From positions 772-64,771 of IMG/VR virus record IMGVR_UViG_3300028840_000761: a stretch of DNA of 64,000 nt; one strand, 5' to 3'. Below are positions 45,763 through 54,092 of this stretch, in pieces. Source of the DNA: a virus. Its lineage: Duplodnaviria; Caudoviricetes. Position numbers and translations under genes: made by a program. Numbering within the stretch: position 1 is the first letter of the stretch; every line of letters begins with the position of its first letter. A model generated the notes under the pieces. The model was given only the letters and a program-made list of their open reading frames with translations. It ran no database searches and was not told the DNA's origin.

Positions 45763-46137
45763 ATGTCACAAGCAGGCAGATGGCCAATTACGATACGCAA
45801 AGGCGAGGACTTCAGTCTGGAGTTCTGGGTCGAGATCGACGATGTCGTCCTCGATCTGACCGGGGCGTCTGTCTACGGGCAGATCAGAAAGCTGCGCAAC
45901 CGGGAGACCGACTTGATATTGGACTTCACGGTGACGGTTGATGGTGTGGCTGTGACCAATCCGGCCCCGACCGATAACGTCATCAAACTCACTTTGACCG
46001 ATGTCCAGACCGCGGCGATCGATGATGATGAGACCAGCGGGTACTACGACGTTCTAGTCGTCGGCTCCGGCGGTGAGGACATCTACTACCTAGAAGGGCC
46101 GGTTACGATCCTTGACTCGGTAACGGTGAAGCCATGA
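45763..46137 (+). CDS. Tail fibre adaptor protein (BppU-N-like)
   Basis: ITIRKGEDF...LDLTGAS..GQIR...IKLTLT..QT...YYDV...YYLEGPV. Confidence 0.7.
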   Translation: MSQAGRWPITIRKGEDFSLEFWVEIDDVVLDLTGASVYGQIRKLRNRETDLILDFTVTVDGVAVTNPAPTDNVIKLTLTDVQTAAIDDDETSGYYDVLVVGSGGEDIYYLEGPVTILDSVTVKP

Positions 46138-49100
46138 CCCAGAAGATAGTCGTCAAGATTAAAGAACGCGGGCCGCAGGGGATCGAGGGGCCACCGGGTG
46201 CAGCGGGCGGGAGCTTTCTCGACCTGTCTGATACTCCTGTATCGTATGCCGGTGCGGCTGGCTACGGCGTTCAGGTCACCGCAGGTGAGGACGGGCTGGA
46301 GTTTACTGCCCACGCCCCCGGCTCGGGGGATATGACGGCGGCAGTCTACGATCCAACTACTATCGCAGCTGATGTCTTCGACATGGACAACATGGTGCAG
46401 GGGTTGACGAACTTCTTCCTCAATGCAACCGAGTATGGCAACCTACACGCCCCCAATAGTGACGACCAAGACCTGAGTGGTCTGGTGCCGTACACCGGCG
46501 CGACCGGAGACGTTAGTCTAGGCGTACACAGCATCGCAGCGGCCAACCTGTCCGGCAACAACACCGGTGATCAGGTTGCTAGTGATTTCAACCACGACGA
46601 TCTGGCAAGCATCAGCGGTGGGGGGCCAGCCGACTACCAACACCTGACGACCGTGCAGCTGGGCAACATCCACGCCCCGGGTAGCGACGATCAGGTGGCC
46701 AGCGACTTTAACCACGACGACCTGTCGGCTCTCACTGGCTCAGGGCCGGAGTACGGCCATGTTAATGCTGTCGAGCTGGCAGCGATCACTCATGCTAACC
46801 GGTCGAACCTCGACTCGATTGATCAGGATTTGGCAAAGGCCGATAACGTCGTATTCAATAGCGTCAATATTGGCAGCGAATTGACCGGGGTTATTATTAC
46901 TGGTATCGATGGTGAGCTTAGCTTTACCCCAACCGACCCGACAGGCGTTACTACCATATATTTCTTTGATAATTCTGACGTAGGCCGGGAAGCTGTAGGG
47001 GAGTTCAGTTGGAGTGGGGATGACCTTTACTTCCTTGCTTATGCGAGCGGCGGTAGGACGCCAGACCTCATCCTCTGGCCGCAAGGTGACAACGTACAGA
47101 TCAACGCCAATCTCATTCCTGTCGGTCTTGCAAAGGATATCGGTGTGTCGGGCGGGACGACGTGGGATAACCTGTACCTCGACGAATCAGTCAATGCGGC
47201 CCAGATGAATTTTGACCTGACCGCAGGCATCACCGTGACCCAAGGCCAACTGGCATGGAACGCGGACGAGGAGACCCTCGACCTTGGCCAGAACGGTGCC
47301 GTCCTCCAGATCGGACAGGAAATTCACTACCATGTCCGTAATAACAGCGGGGCACAGATCGACGATGGCACACCGGTCATGGCGACCGGGACGATCGGAG
47401 CCTCCGGGCGGATCACGATCGCACCGATGGACGCGACCGACCATGCCAACGAGCGGTACTTCCTCGGCATCACTACCGAGGATATTGCCAACGATACGGA
47501 CGGCAAGGTCTCCGAGTTTGGTAAGGTACGCGGCCTCGATACGACCGGTGCGTTGTCATTCGGCGGGCTGGAAACGTGGAATGATGGAGATATCCTGTAC
47601 CTTGATCCGGCGAATGTTGGCTACCTGACCAACGTCGAGCCGACCGGCCTCGATATAAATATGCCGGTGGCTTTTGTTATCCTTGCCCATACTAACGGAA
47701 CTATATTTGTCCGGGCGACCCACACAGACCTGAACCACTATGTCACCCGGGATCAGCAGCAGCTGACACTCGACCCGACCGGCTGGGTGGACAACACGGC
47801 GATTCAAGTTGACTACGACGAGATCACCCGGACGATCACACTGACCGGTGATCTGCGCTACTACTGGCGCGGGGTGCTCAAGGAGCTGACTTCCCCGTGG
47901 ACATCCAGTGCGCACAGCGCCACGACCGACCAGACATACTTCCTCTACACTACGGATGGCGAGACCTTCAGCTGGAGCACCACAGTCTGGGACTTCGATA
48001 TGATGATGGTCGCCTTCGCCTATTACGGTGCGACCCATCAGTACGGCGTCCGTGAAGTTCATGGCCTGATGCCGTGGCAGACCCACCGCGAGTTCCATGC
48101 CCGTCAAGGAACATACAAGGTGTCTGGTGGTACGCTGTCCGGCTACACGCTGTCCTCGACGACTGCCGCCGACCGGCGACCGACTGTCTCGGCGACGGTG
48201 TTGAATGACGAAGACATCTACACGACACTGCCCGAGTGGGATGTGGACATTCTCGGCGCGACTCAGTTTTACCTGAGCGGGGCCGGGGGTGCCTCAAACT
48301 TTGCCACTGGGGCTACAGACATTGTGCCGCTCTCCGGCAACCAGCCATACTGGAATGAGTTTACTGGCGGGACGTGGCAACAGACCCTGCTCTCAAACAA
48401 CCAATACATGGCCGTCTGGCTGGTGGGTGTGCCAGTTACTGAGGACTCCATCTCGCAGGGCTACCGGTACTGGTGGGTGCAGGGGCAGTCAGCTGATAGC
48501 ACCTTGTCCGCTATCCAAGCCCGTTCGCCACTTGACTTGAATCTCGGGGCCGTGCCGACAATCACGCCTGAGTTCACTTTCCTTTCCAAAGTCATCCTGC
48601 GCTATACCGCAGGTAACTGGCAGCTGATTCAAGTCGATGTACTCAGTGGCTCGCGGGCACAGGTAACCTCCGGGGCATCTGGTAACTACCTGTCGATTGT
48701 GTCTACCGATACGACCTTGACAGGTACAGGCACCGGTGGTGACCCACTAAGTGTGGCGAATGATGGCCATACCCATGATACCCAGTATATCCCGGGGCCG
48801 GGTACGGTCACGGATAACGCCGTTGTCAGGTTTGATGGCGTGACTGGACTGATAATCCAAGAGTCGTTGGTGACGATCACCGATGCGGGTGCGATCTCTG
48901 CCACCAATCTTGTCCTTTCCGGCAACTGGACGCACAGCAACGGCTATATCCATGCCAACGGTGATGTGGCCGGGAGTAGTTTTTACGCAACTAACAAGGC
49001 GCATTTCCGAGGTGGCATCGATAACGATACTGGGGCGTTTATCCAGTGCTATCGTGCCTTTCAGTGCGAGAGCGTCTCAGACTATGTGACCCTCAAGGTG

Positions 49101-49826
49101 ATCGGTGATAGTGGTCAGTCGGCAGACTTGGTGCAGGTGCTGAACAGCGGCCTGTCCGAGATGTTCGTCGTTGACAATGTGGGTAATGTAGAAGTAGCTG
49201 GTGGGGTTACGACAGGTGATGATATTACCCTTCCGGCCTCTGGGGAGGTTAAGACATTATCTGGCAGTCTTACTATCCGATCCGCTGATGATTTATTGCT
49301 TGGTGGAGATGGAAGCCTTCGGTGGTTCATAAACAATACCGGGCTGTTCCCACTTAACAGTAGTTACAATCTAGGCAGTCAAACTTATCCTCTTAACAGC
49401 ATCACCGCAGATGGTGATATAGCTGCTAACAACATGCTGTTAGCGGGCTACCTTAACTGTAAAGGTCTCACGGATGAGCTGACAGCGACAGCCGGGAATA
49501 CCTTCGCAGCTGGGGATGTTGGCATCATGGTGGCCGCAGGCACGATCACATTGGCCGACGCCGACGCAGAGGCGACGACCAAGGGGATGCTAGTCATGGC
49601 AACCGAGGCGATCTCTGGCGGCGCGGCAGGCACCTTCCTGCTGATGGGTAAAGTGACCGGCTTGACCGGCCTGACCCAAGGCTCCACATACTATGTCAGC
49701 CCAACAACGGGCGAGATCACTGCGACACCGCCTAGCGGTGGCCAGTTCCTGCGCGTGGTCGGCCATGCGACATCGACCACCGAGTTCATGTTCAACCCGT
49801 CGCAGACATGGATCGAAACAACATGA
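46134..49826 (+). CDS. Long modular tail fibre protein
   Basis: 1230 aa. Collagen-like GPQGIEGPPG, FLDLSDTP.SYAG, duplicated DQVASDFNHDDL, and TDNAVVRFDGVTG modules. Confidence 0.8.
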   Translation: MTQKIVVKIKERGPQGIEGPPGAAGGSFLDLSDTPVSYAGAAGYGVQVTAGEDGLEFTAHAPGSGDMTAAVYDPTTIAADVFDMDNMVQGLTNFFLNATEYGNLHAPNSDDQDLSGLVPYTGATGDVSLGVHSIAAANLSGNNTGDQVASDFNHDDLASISGGGPADYQHLTTVQLGNIHAPGSDDQVASDFNHDDLSALTGSGPEYGHVNAVELAAITHANRSNLDSIDQDLAKADNVVFNSVNIGSELTGVIITGIDGELSFTPTDPTGVTTIYFFDNSDVGREAVGEFSWSGDDLYFLAYASGGRTPDLILWPQGDNVQINANLIPVGLAKDIGVSGGTTWDNLYLDESVNAAQMNFDLTAGITVTQGQLAWNADEETLDLGQNGAVLQIGQEIHYHVRNNSGAQIDDGTPVMATGTIGASGRITIAPMDATDHANERYFLGITTEDIANDTDGKVSEFGKVRGLDTTGALSFGGLETWNDGDILYLDPANVGYLTNVEPTGLDINMPVAFVILAHTNGTIFVRATHTDLNHYVTRDQQQLTLDPTGWVDNTAIQVDYDEITRTITLTGDLRYYWRGVLKELTSPWTSSAHSATTDQTYFLYTTDGETFSWSTTVWDFDMMMVAFAYYGATHQYGVREVHGLMPWQTHREFHARQGTYKVSGGTLSGYTLSSTTAADRRPTVSATVLNDEDIYTTLPEWDVDILGATQFYLSGAGGASNFATGATDIVPLSGNQPYWNEFTGGTWQQTLLSNNQYMAVWLVGVPVTEDSISQGYRYWWVQGQSADSTLSAIQARSPLDLNLGAVPTITPEFTFLSKVILRYTAGNWQLIQVDVLSGSRAQVTSGASGNYLSIVSTDTTLTGTGTGGDPLSVANDGHTHDTQYIPGPGTVTDNAVVRFDGVTGLIIQESLVTITDAGAISATNLVLSGNWTHSNGYIHANGDVAGSSFYATNKAHFRGGIDNDTGAFIQCYRAFQCESVSDYVTLKVIGDSGQSADLVQVLNSGLSEMFVVDNVGNVEVAGGVTTGDDITLPASGEVKTLSGSLTIRSADDLLLGGDGSLRWFINNTGLFPLNSSYNLGSQTYPLNSITADGDIAANNMLLAGYLNCKGLTDELTATAGNTFAAGDVGIMVAAGTITLADADAEATTKGMLVMATEAISGGAAGTFLLMGKVTGLTGLTQGSTYYVSPTTGEITATPPSGGQFLRVVGHATSTTEFMFNPSQTWIETT

Positions 49827-50347
49827 CCACACTGACAAAAACGAGACCACTGGCTAAGGGCGTAGGGCTGAGTATTTGCTTGGGCTTACTCTACTACATC
49901 CTACTCCATACAAATCCAGCTAACGCTTTGACCGGCGTTATACCGGATATTGCTCTACTTAAATTACGGATGGCTGACCTACTCAAGCCATTCGTCATGG
50001 TTTGTCCGGGGCTGGCATTTACGATTCCGATCGCATCGTATATGCACAATGTCGATACAGGGCGTATAGCCTTTGGCGCATATAGCATCATGCCGTTCGC
50101 GTCCGCTGGTTTGTTGTATGCGACCTACAAGGCATCTCAGCTACTCGGGCGTGGCCTTCTGAAAGACGTCGTTATCAATGGGGTCGCTGGTATCCTTATG
50201 GGCATCATCGTCTCTGTCAACATCACAATGATTAGTAATGCTCACGAGCTATTGAAGATCGCCGTCAGTCTCAAGTGCATGAAGATCGCACTGGTCTTTA
50301 TCGCAGGGACATTAATACTGAACGCTATTGAAGGGATGAAAAAATGA
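49823..50347 (+). CDS. Integral membrane protein (~5 TM segments)
   Basis: Several hydrophobic segments; AT-richer than its neighbours; ATGA-coupled on both sides. Confidence 0.65.
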   Translation: MTTLTKTRPLAKGVGLSICLGLLYYILLHTNPANALTGVIPDIALLKLRMADLLKPFVMVCPGLAFTIPIASYMHNVDTGRIAFGAYSIMPFASAGLLYATYKASQLLGRGLLKDVVINGVAGILMGIIVSVNITMISNAHELLKIAVSLKCMKIALVFIAGTLILNAIEGMKK

Positions 50348-50715
50348 GAAAATTGAATTGGTTTTTGCTTGGGCTACTGGTATCTTTTGCGCTCTGCGCA
50401 CCTTCGTACGGGTTTGAGATCGGTGATTTCAAATTCAAGAACAGGCTGGAGCTGTACCATGTCGACACTGACAGCGGCAATTACGACAAGCAGCTGATCC
50501 ACGACATCAAGGTGTCAAAGAAGGACTTCCCGATCTACCTCCAGAACCGGTATCAGGTCGACTACGATTCTGATCTGGACGAGAAGTATTACTTCAAGAC
50601 CACCGTGGGGTTCGAGATATTCAAGTGGATGGATGTCCGGCTCCAGCGGCAGGATTACAGCTACAAGAAATCGGACGAGACAGTATACAGGGCAGGTATC
50701 GGACTGGAGTTCTGA
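50344..50715 (+). CDS. Secreted small beta-barrel/outer-membrane-like protein
   Basis: Signal peptide, amphipathic beta-strands, and C-terminal YRAGIGLEF (beta-signal ending in Phe). Confidence 0.6.
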   Translation: MRKLNWFLLGLLVSFALCAPSYGFEIGDFKFKNRLELYHVDTDSGNYDKQLIHDIKVSKKDFPIYLQNRYQVDYDSDLDEKYYFKTTVGFEIFKWMDVRLQRQDYSYKKSDETVYRAGIGLEF

Positions 50716-51260
50716 TGGAAGCAGTGCTTCTCAATAGCGGGGGGATCGATACATTGGCTTCGATCGTGGCTATGAAAGAGGCCGATTCCGAGCTTGTCCT
50801 CCACAGCTTGACTGTCTGGATTGGGCAGAAGAACTTCGGCCCTGCCCACCGGGCAGCGCAGGAGATCGCTGGGAAGCACTGCGTGACGACTGACCTGATG
50901 CTGCTCGGAGATTTTGCCTTCAAGGAAAACGGTGCCTTCAAGATACCCTACCGCATGGTGCTGTTCCACATGGCAGCAGCCATAAAGGCACGGCACTATG
51001 GGGTGGAGTACATCATTTCCGGCATCGACGATGGCTTCTCTGAGAACTTCGGTCGCAAGGTAACTGACATGCTGACCGAAGAAAGTCGCGCTCCCTACGC
51101 GCCCGTAGTTATCTGCCCAGTCCGTAAGCTCAGCCGTGGCGAGCGAATCTTCCTTGCCAAGAAAGACCCATTGTTTCCGATCACCGTCTCCTGCGAGGAG
51201 GCGGAACCGTGTTGTGTCTGCCAGAAGTGCCTTGACCGTAGAGCAGCGGGGATTGCCTGA
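50715..51260 (+). CDS. QueC-like PP-loop ATPase
   Basis: AVLLNSGGIDT PP-loop, GQ, IPYR, and TVSC-x5-C-x2-C-x2-C..R zinc site. Start moved to ATG 50715. Confidence 0.75.
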   Translation: MEAVLLNSGGIDTLASIVAMKEADSELVLHSLTVWIGQKNFGPAHRAAQEIAGKHCVTTDLMLLGDFAFKENGAFKIPYRMVLFHMAAAIKARHYGVEYIISGIDDGFSENFGRKVTDMLTEESRAPYAPVVICPVRKLSRGERIFLAKKDPLFPITVSCEEAEPCCVCQKCLDRRAAGIA

Positions 51261-53287
51261 TGCCTGAACTCGTCAATCTAAGAACGCGATTCACCAAAAC
51301 CCATGACAATGGGGATGGTACGCGTACGATCGAGGCTTCCGCAGCCCCCATCCATTACGATGATGGACAGGGTGGAATGGCGGAAATCACCCGGGAGTTT
51401 GTGCCATCTGATCGTCCGGGCTACGACTGGATGAGCGGTGACAACGACTTCAGGATGCACTTCAAGGAGAACCTGAACCAAGCGGACTCCATGCTGTTCA
51501 TTCGTGGCGGGATCGAGGTTGCGTCGCGCCCGAAGGGAGTGGTGCTGCATCGATCTGACACTGGAGCACACACCGTACTCGGTACTCCCAGTAACACCAC
51601 ATGTGTTGTTGACGGCAAAAACATCACGTTCTTTGGTTTGTATCCGCACTGTCAGGTACGCTACCAGAACCTCGGCGATGGGGTAAAAGAGTTCATCAGG
51701 ATGACCAGCTTCGCTGGTATCCCTGATCCTATGGACTACGGCATTGACCCGGAGGTTGTACGGGTTGGGTTTGTGACTGAACTGAACCCATCTGGTCACG
51801 ATAGTATGGATGACGGAGCTGACGGCTCGATCGTCGAGAACACTGACTACGATCAGATTAGCTTCAAGAAGGGTGACGTCAGGCCGATATTTATACCAGT
51901 CCTCGCGGCATGGTCTGAGGCATGGGACAAGGCAAGACCGAGAACAGTAACCAAGCGAATGAAGATGATTGGCGGTAAGCCGCATCTGATCCACGGCCTA
52001 AAGTACGCTGACCTTGTCGCTCGATCCCTGCCGTATATTATCGACGCATCATTTGTCGGGTACCCGGCAGTTGCTGCGGATGATGGGAGTAGCACCACCA
52101 TAAACGAATTTTTTAGTGCTAGCGCAATCCACTATATGGGGCGTGACACTCCATCGAAGACAGCAGACTATTCAGAAGAATGCTTCTTTCGTTTCCCTAA
52201 CGTCACTGTCCCGCAGGGGTCAACAGTATCGGCTGCTTCATTTAATGTTTCGCTAAGCGGTCGGGTCGGGACTGCACAGAACTGCCGTCTGTACTTGAAT
52301 GATGCGGACGACGCAACAGCACCAACATCACGTGCGACCCATGTAGCGAAAACCAGAACTACTGCGTACACAGCATTTACAGTAGGCGGGGTATCTGCAA
52401 CCGGTTATCGAAGCATATCCGCGCTTTCTCCAGTACAAGAAGTAGTTAATAGAGCCGGGTGGAGCAGCGGCAACGCGATGATGGTGCTGTCTGACTACTA
52501 TGGTACGACTACTATTGGGTATGATGTTTGGCGGTCAGTAGAGTACACCGGTACGGATAATGACCCGTACCTGTCGATTACCTACACCGAACCGGCCAGC
52601 AATCTATCAGTCAACGACGTCAGCCTTGACCCGAACGCCACCTCGGCGACGATCTACGGCCCGCTGACCGCCAATGACCCGACTGTCGCCGTCTCGGTGA
52701 CGAGCGCGACACTTCAGCCAGTTGGTGGAGACCTGACAGCGAACGATGTCACGGTATCTCCCAGCTCTACGGCAGCTATTATTTACGGCCCGTTGGCAGC
52801 TAACGATGTAACGGTCGGTATTACAACCACCCCGGCGACTATCGCGTTCTTCGAGTTTTTCGTACAGGACGTGACAGTAGACGTTACTGTCACCCCGGCG
52901 ACCATCACTCTGACCGCCGGGAACCTGACGGCCAACGACGTTACAGTTGCTACCGATGTCACCTCTGCAACTATCGCGCTGACTGCTGGAAACCTGACGG
53001 CCAACGACGTTACTGTCGATACGATCGTAACCCCGGCGACCATCGCGCTGACCGCCGGGAACCTGACCGCAAACGACGTAACGGTGGCTATTGACGTGAC
53101 CTCGGCGACCATCGCGTTGACCGCTGGGAACCTGTCGGTGGCTGATATAACACTTGACATAAATACCACTCCTGCCACATTATCACTATTGTCAGTGAGC
53201 TGGACTGGAACGATAAATGGGACGACCAATCCGACTTCGGTCGATGGGGTATCCGTCACAGAGATCGTGAGAATAAACGGAGTCTGA
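51260..53287 (+). CDS. Virion fibre/adhesin-like protein with 23-aa repeats
   Basis: The N-terminus TKTHDNGDGT...APIHY resembles cell-wall/RHS-associated proteins. FRFPNVTVPQGSTVSAA...PYLSITY suggests a carbohydrate-binding-like domain. C-terminal 69-bp repeats. Confidence 0.6.
   Translation: MPELVNLRTRFTKTHDNGDGTRTIEASAAPIHYDDGQGGMAEITREFVPSDRPGYDWMSGDNDFRMHFKENLNQADSMLFIRGGIEVASRPKGVVLHRSDTGAHTVLGTPSNTTCVVDGKNITFFGLYPHCQVRYQNLGDGVKEFIRMTSFAGIPDPMDYGIDPEVVRVGFVTELNPSGHDSMDDGADGSIVENTDYDQISFKKGDVRPIFIPVLAAWSEAWDKARPRTVTKRMKMIGGKPHLIHGLKYADLVARSLPYIIDASFVGYPAVAADDGSSTTINEFFSASAIHYMGRDTPSKTADYSEECFFRFPNVTVPQGSTVSAASFNVSLSGRVGTAQNCRLYLNDADDATAPTSRATHVAKTRTTAYTAFTVGGVSATGYRSISALSPVQEVVNRAGWSSGNAMMVLSDYYGTTTIGYDVWRSVEYTGTDNDPYLSITYTEPASNLSVNDVSLDPNATSATIYGPLTANDPTVAVSVTSATLQPVGGDLTANDVTVSPSSTAAIIYGPLAANDVTVGITTTPATIAFFEFFVQDVTVDVTVTPATITLTAGNLTANDVTVATDVTSATIALTAGNLTANDVTVDTIVTPATIALTAGNLTANDVTVAIDVTSATIALTAGNLSVADITLDINTTPATLSLLSVSWTGTINGTTNPTSVDGVSVTEIVRINGV
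52600..53190 (+). repeat. 69-bp (23-aa) tandem coding repeats
   Basis: aacctgacggccaacgacgttac at 52922 and 52991; unit LTAGNLTANDVTVxxxVTxATIA. Confidence 0.85.
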
Positions 53288-53288
53288 T

Positions 53289-53678
53289 ATGCCGACAGTT
53301 GAACAAGTAGCTGGATCGCTAGTCGTCAAAGTTAAAGCAGTCGGCCCGCAAGGTGCTGCTGACCAGCTCCAGAAGACCGAGATCGTCAATATCATAGACG
53401 ATCATACCCTTGAGCTGACGGATGCCGGTAAGATGATCCGGCTCTCCGCAGCGGTCACACGCACAGTGACCATCCCGCCGAACTCAGATGTCCCTTTCGA
53501 GGTCGGTACAGTCATAACATTTGAACAGGCTCTAACGGGCCGACTTGCTATAGCGGCAGGCGCAGGCGTTACGCTGAACAGCTTCAGCGGGGCGACCAAC
53601 CTGCTAGGACAGTATGCTGTGGCCGGAATCACGCAAGTTGCTGCGGATGTCTGGTCTCTCTACGGAAACATCACATAA
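53289..53678 (+). CDS. Tail fibre-associated protein
   Basis: TLELTDAGK...VTIPPNSDVPFEVGT...AGAGVTLN...W.LYG, a common fibre C-terminal domain. Confidence 0.7.
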   Translation: MPTVEQVAGSLVVKVKAVGPQGAADQLQKTEIVNIIDDHTLELTDAGKMIRLSAAVTRTVTIPPNSDVPFEVGTVITFEQALTGRLAIAAGAGVTLNSFSGATNLLGQYAVAGITQVAADVWSLYGNIT

Positions 53679-53690
53679 AGGAGTAACACC

Positions 53691-54089
53691 ATGGCCGTAA
53701 ACGACGCGTATTTCAACGACAATGTGCTGGATGCCCTTCTCAACTACATCAACGGCACCTCCCCAGCTGCCACGATGAAGTTGTACCTGTGCAACACGGT
53801 TGTTGCAAACAACGCAACCGACGCCACAGTCGATGCCGCTGCACTGGCACCGTCCGTCACCCCGACCTTCCAAGCAATCGCCGCTGGCACCCCCTCGGGC
53901 CGCGAGCTGGAGATCGATACGAAGGACTTCGCGGTCGACACCAACGGTACCGCCAACTGCTTCGTCATCACCGACAGCACCAATGTTGTCTACGTTCAGG
54001 AGCTGGCTGCAACACAGGCCGTGACTTCTGGCCAGACATGGACTCTCCCGGCAGTTACGATCACCATACCTGAGTACGACGCAGCGTAA
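53691..54089 (+). CDS. Virion tail structural protein
   Basis: NVLDALLNYI...SGREL...QAVTSGQTWTLP; SD AAGGAG. Confidence 0.65.
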   Translation: MAVNDAYFNDNVLDALLNYINGTSPAATMKLYLCNTVVANNATDATVDAAALAPSVTPTFQAIAAGTPSGRELEIDTKDFAVDTNGTANCFVITDSTNVVYVQELAATQAVTSGQTWTLPAVTITIPEYDAA

Positions 54090-54092
54090 GGT

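Noticed and set aside
50715-51260. A complete 7-deazaguanine DNA-modification pathway
   Set aside because: Only the QueC-like gene is present; no folE, queD, queE or dpdA was recognised.
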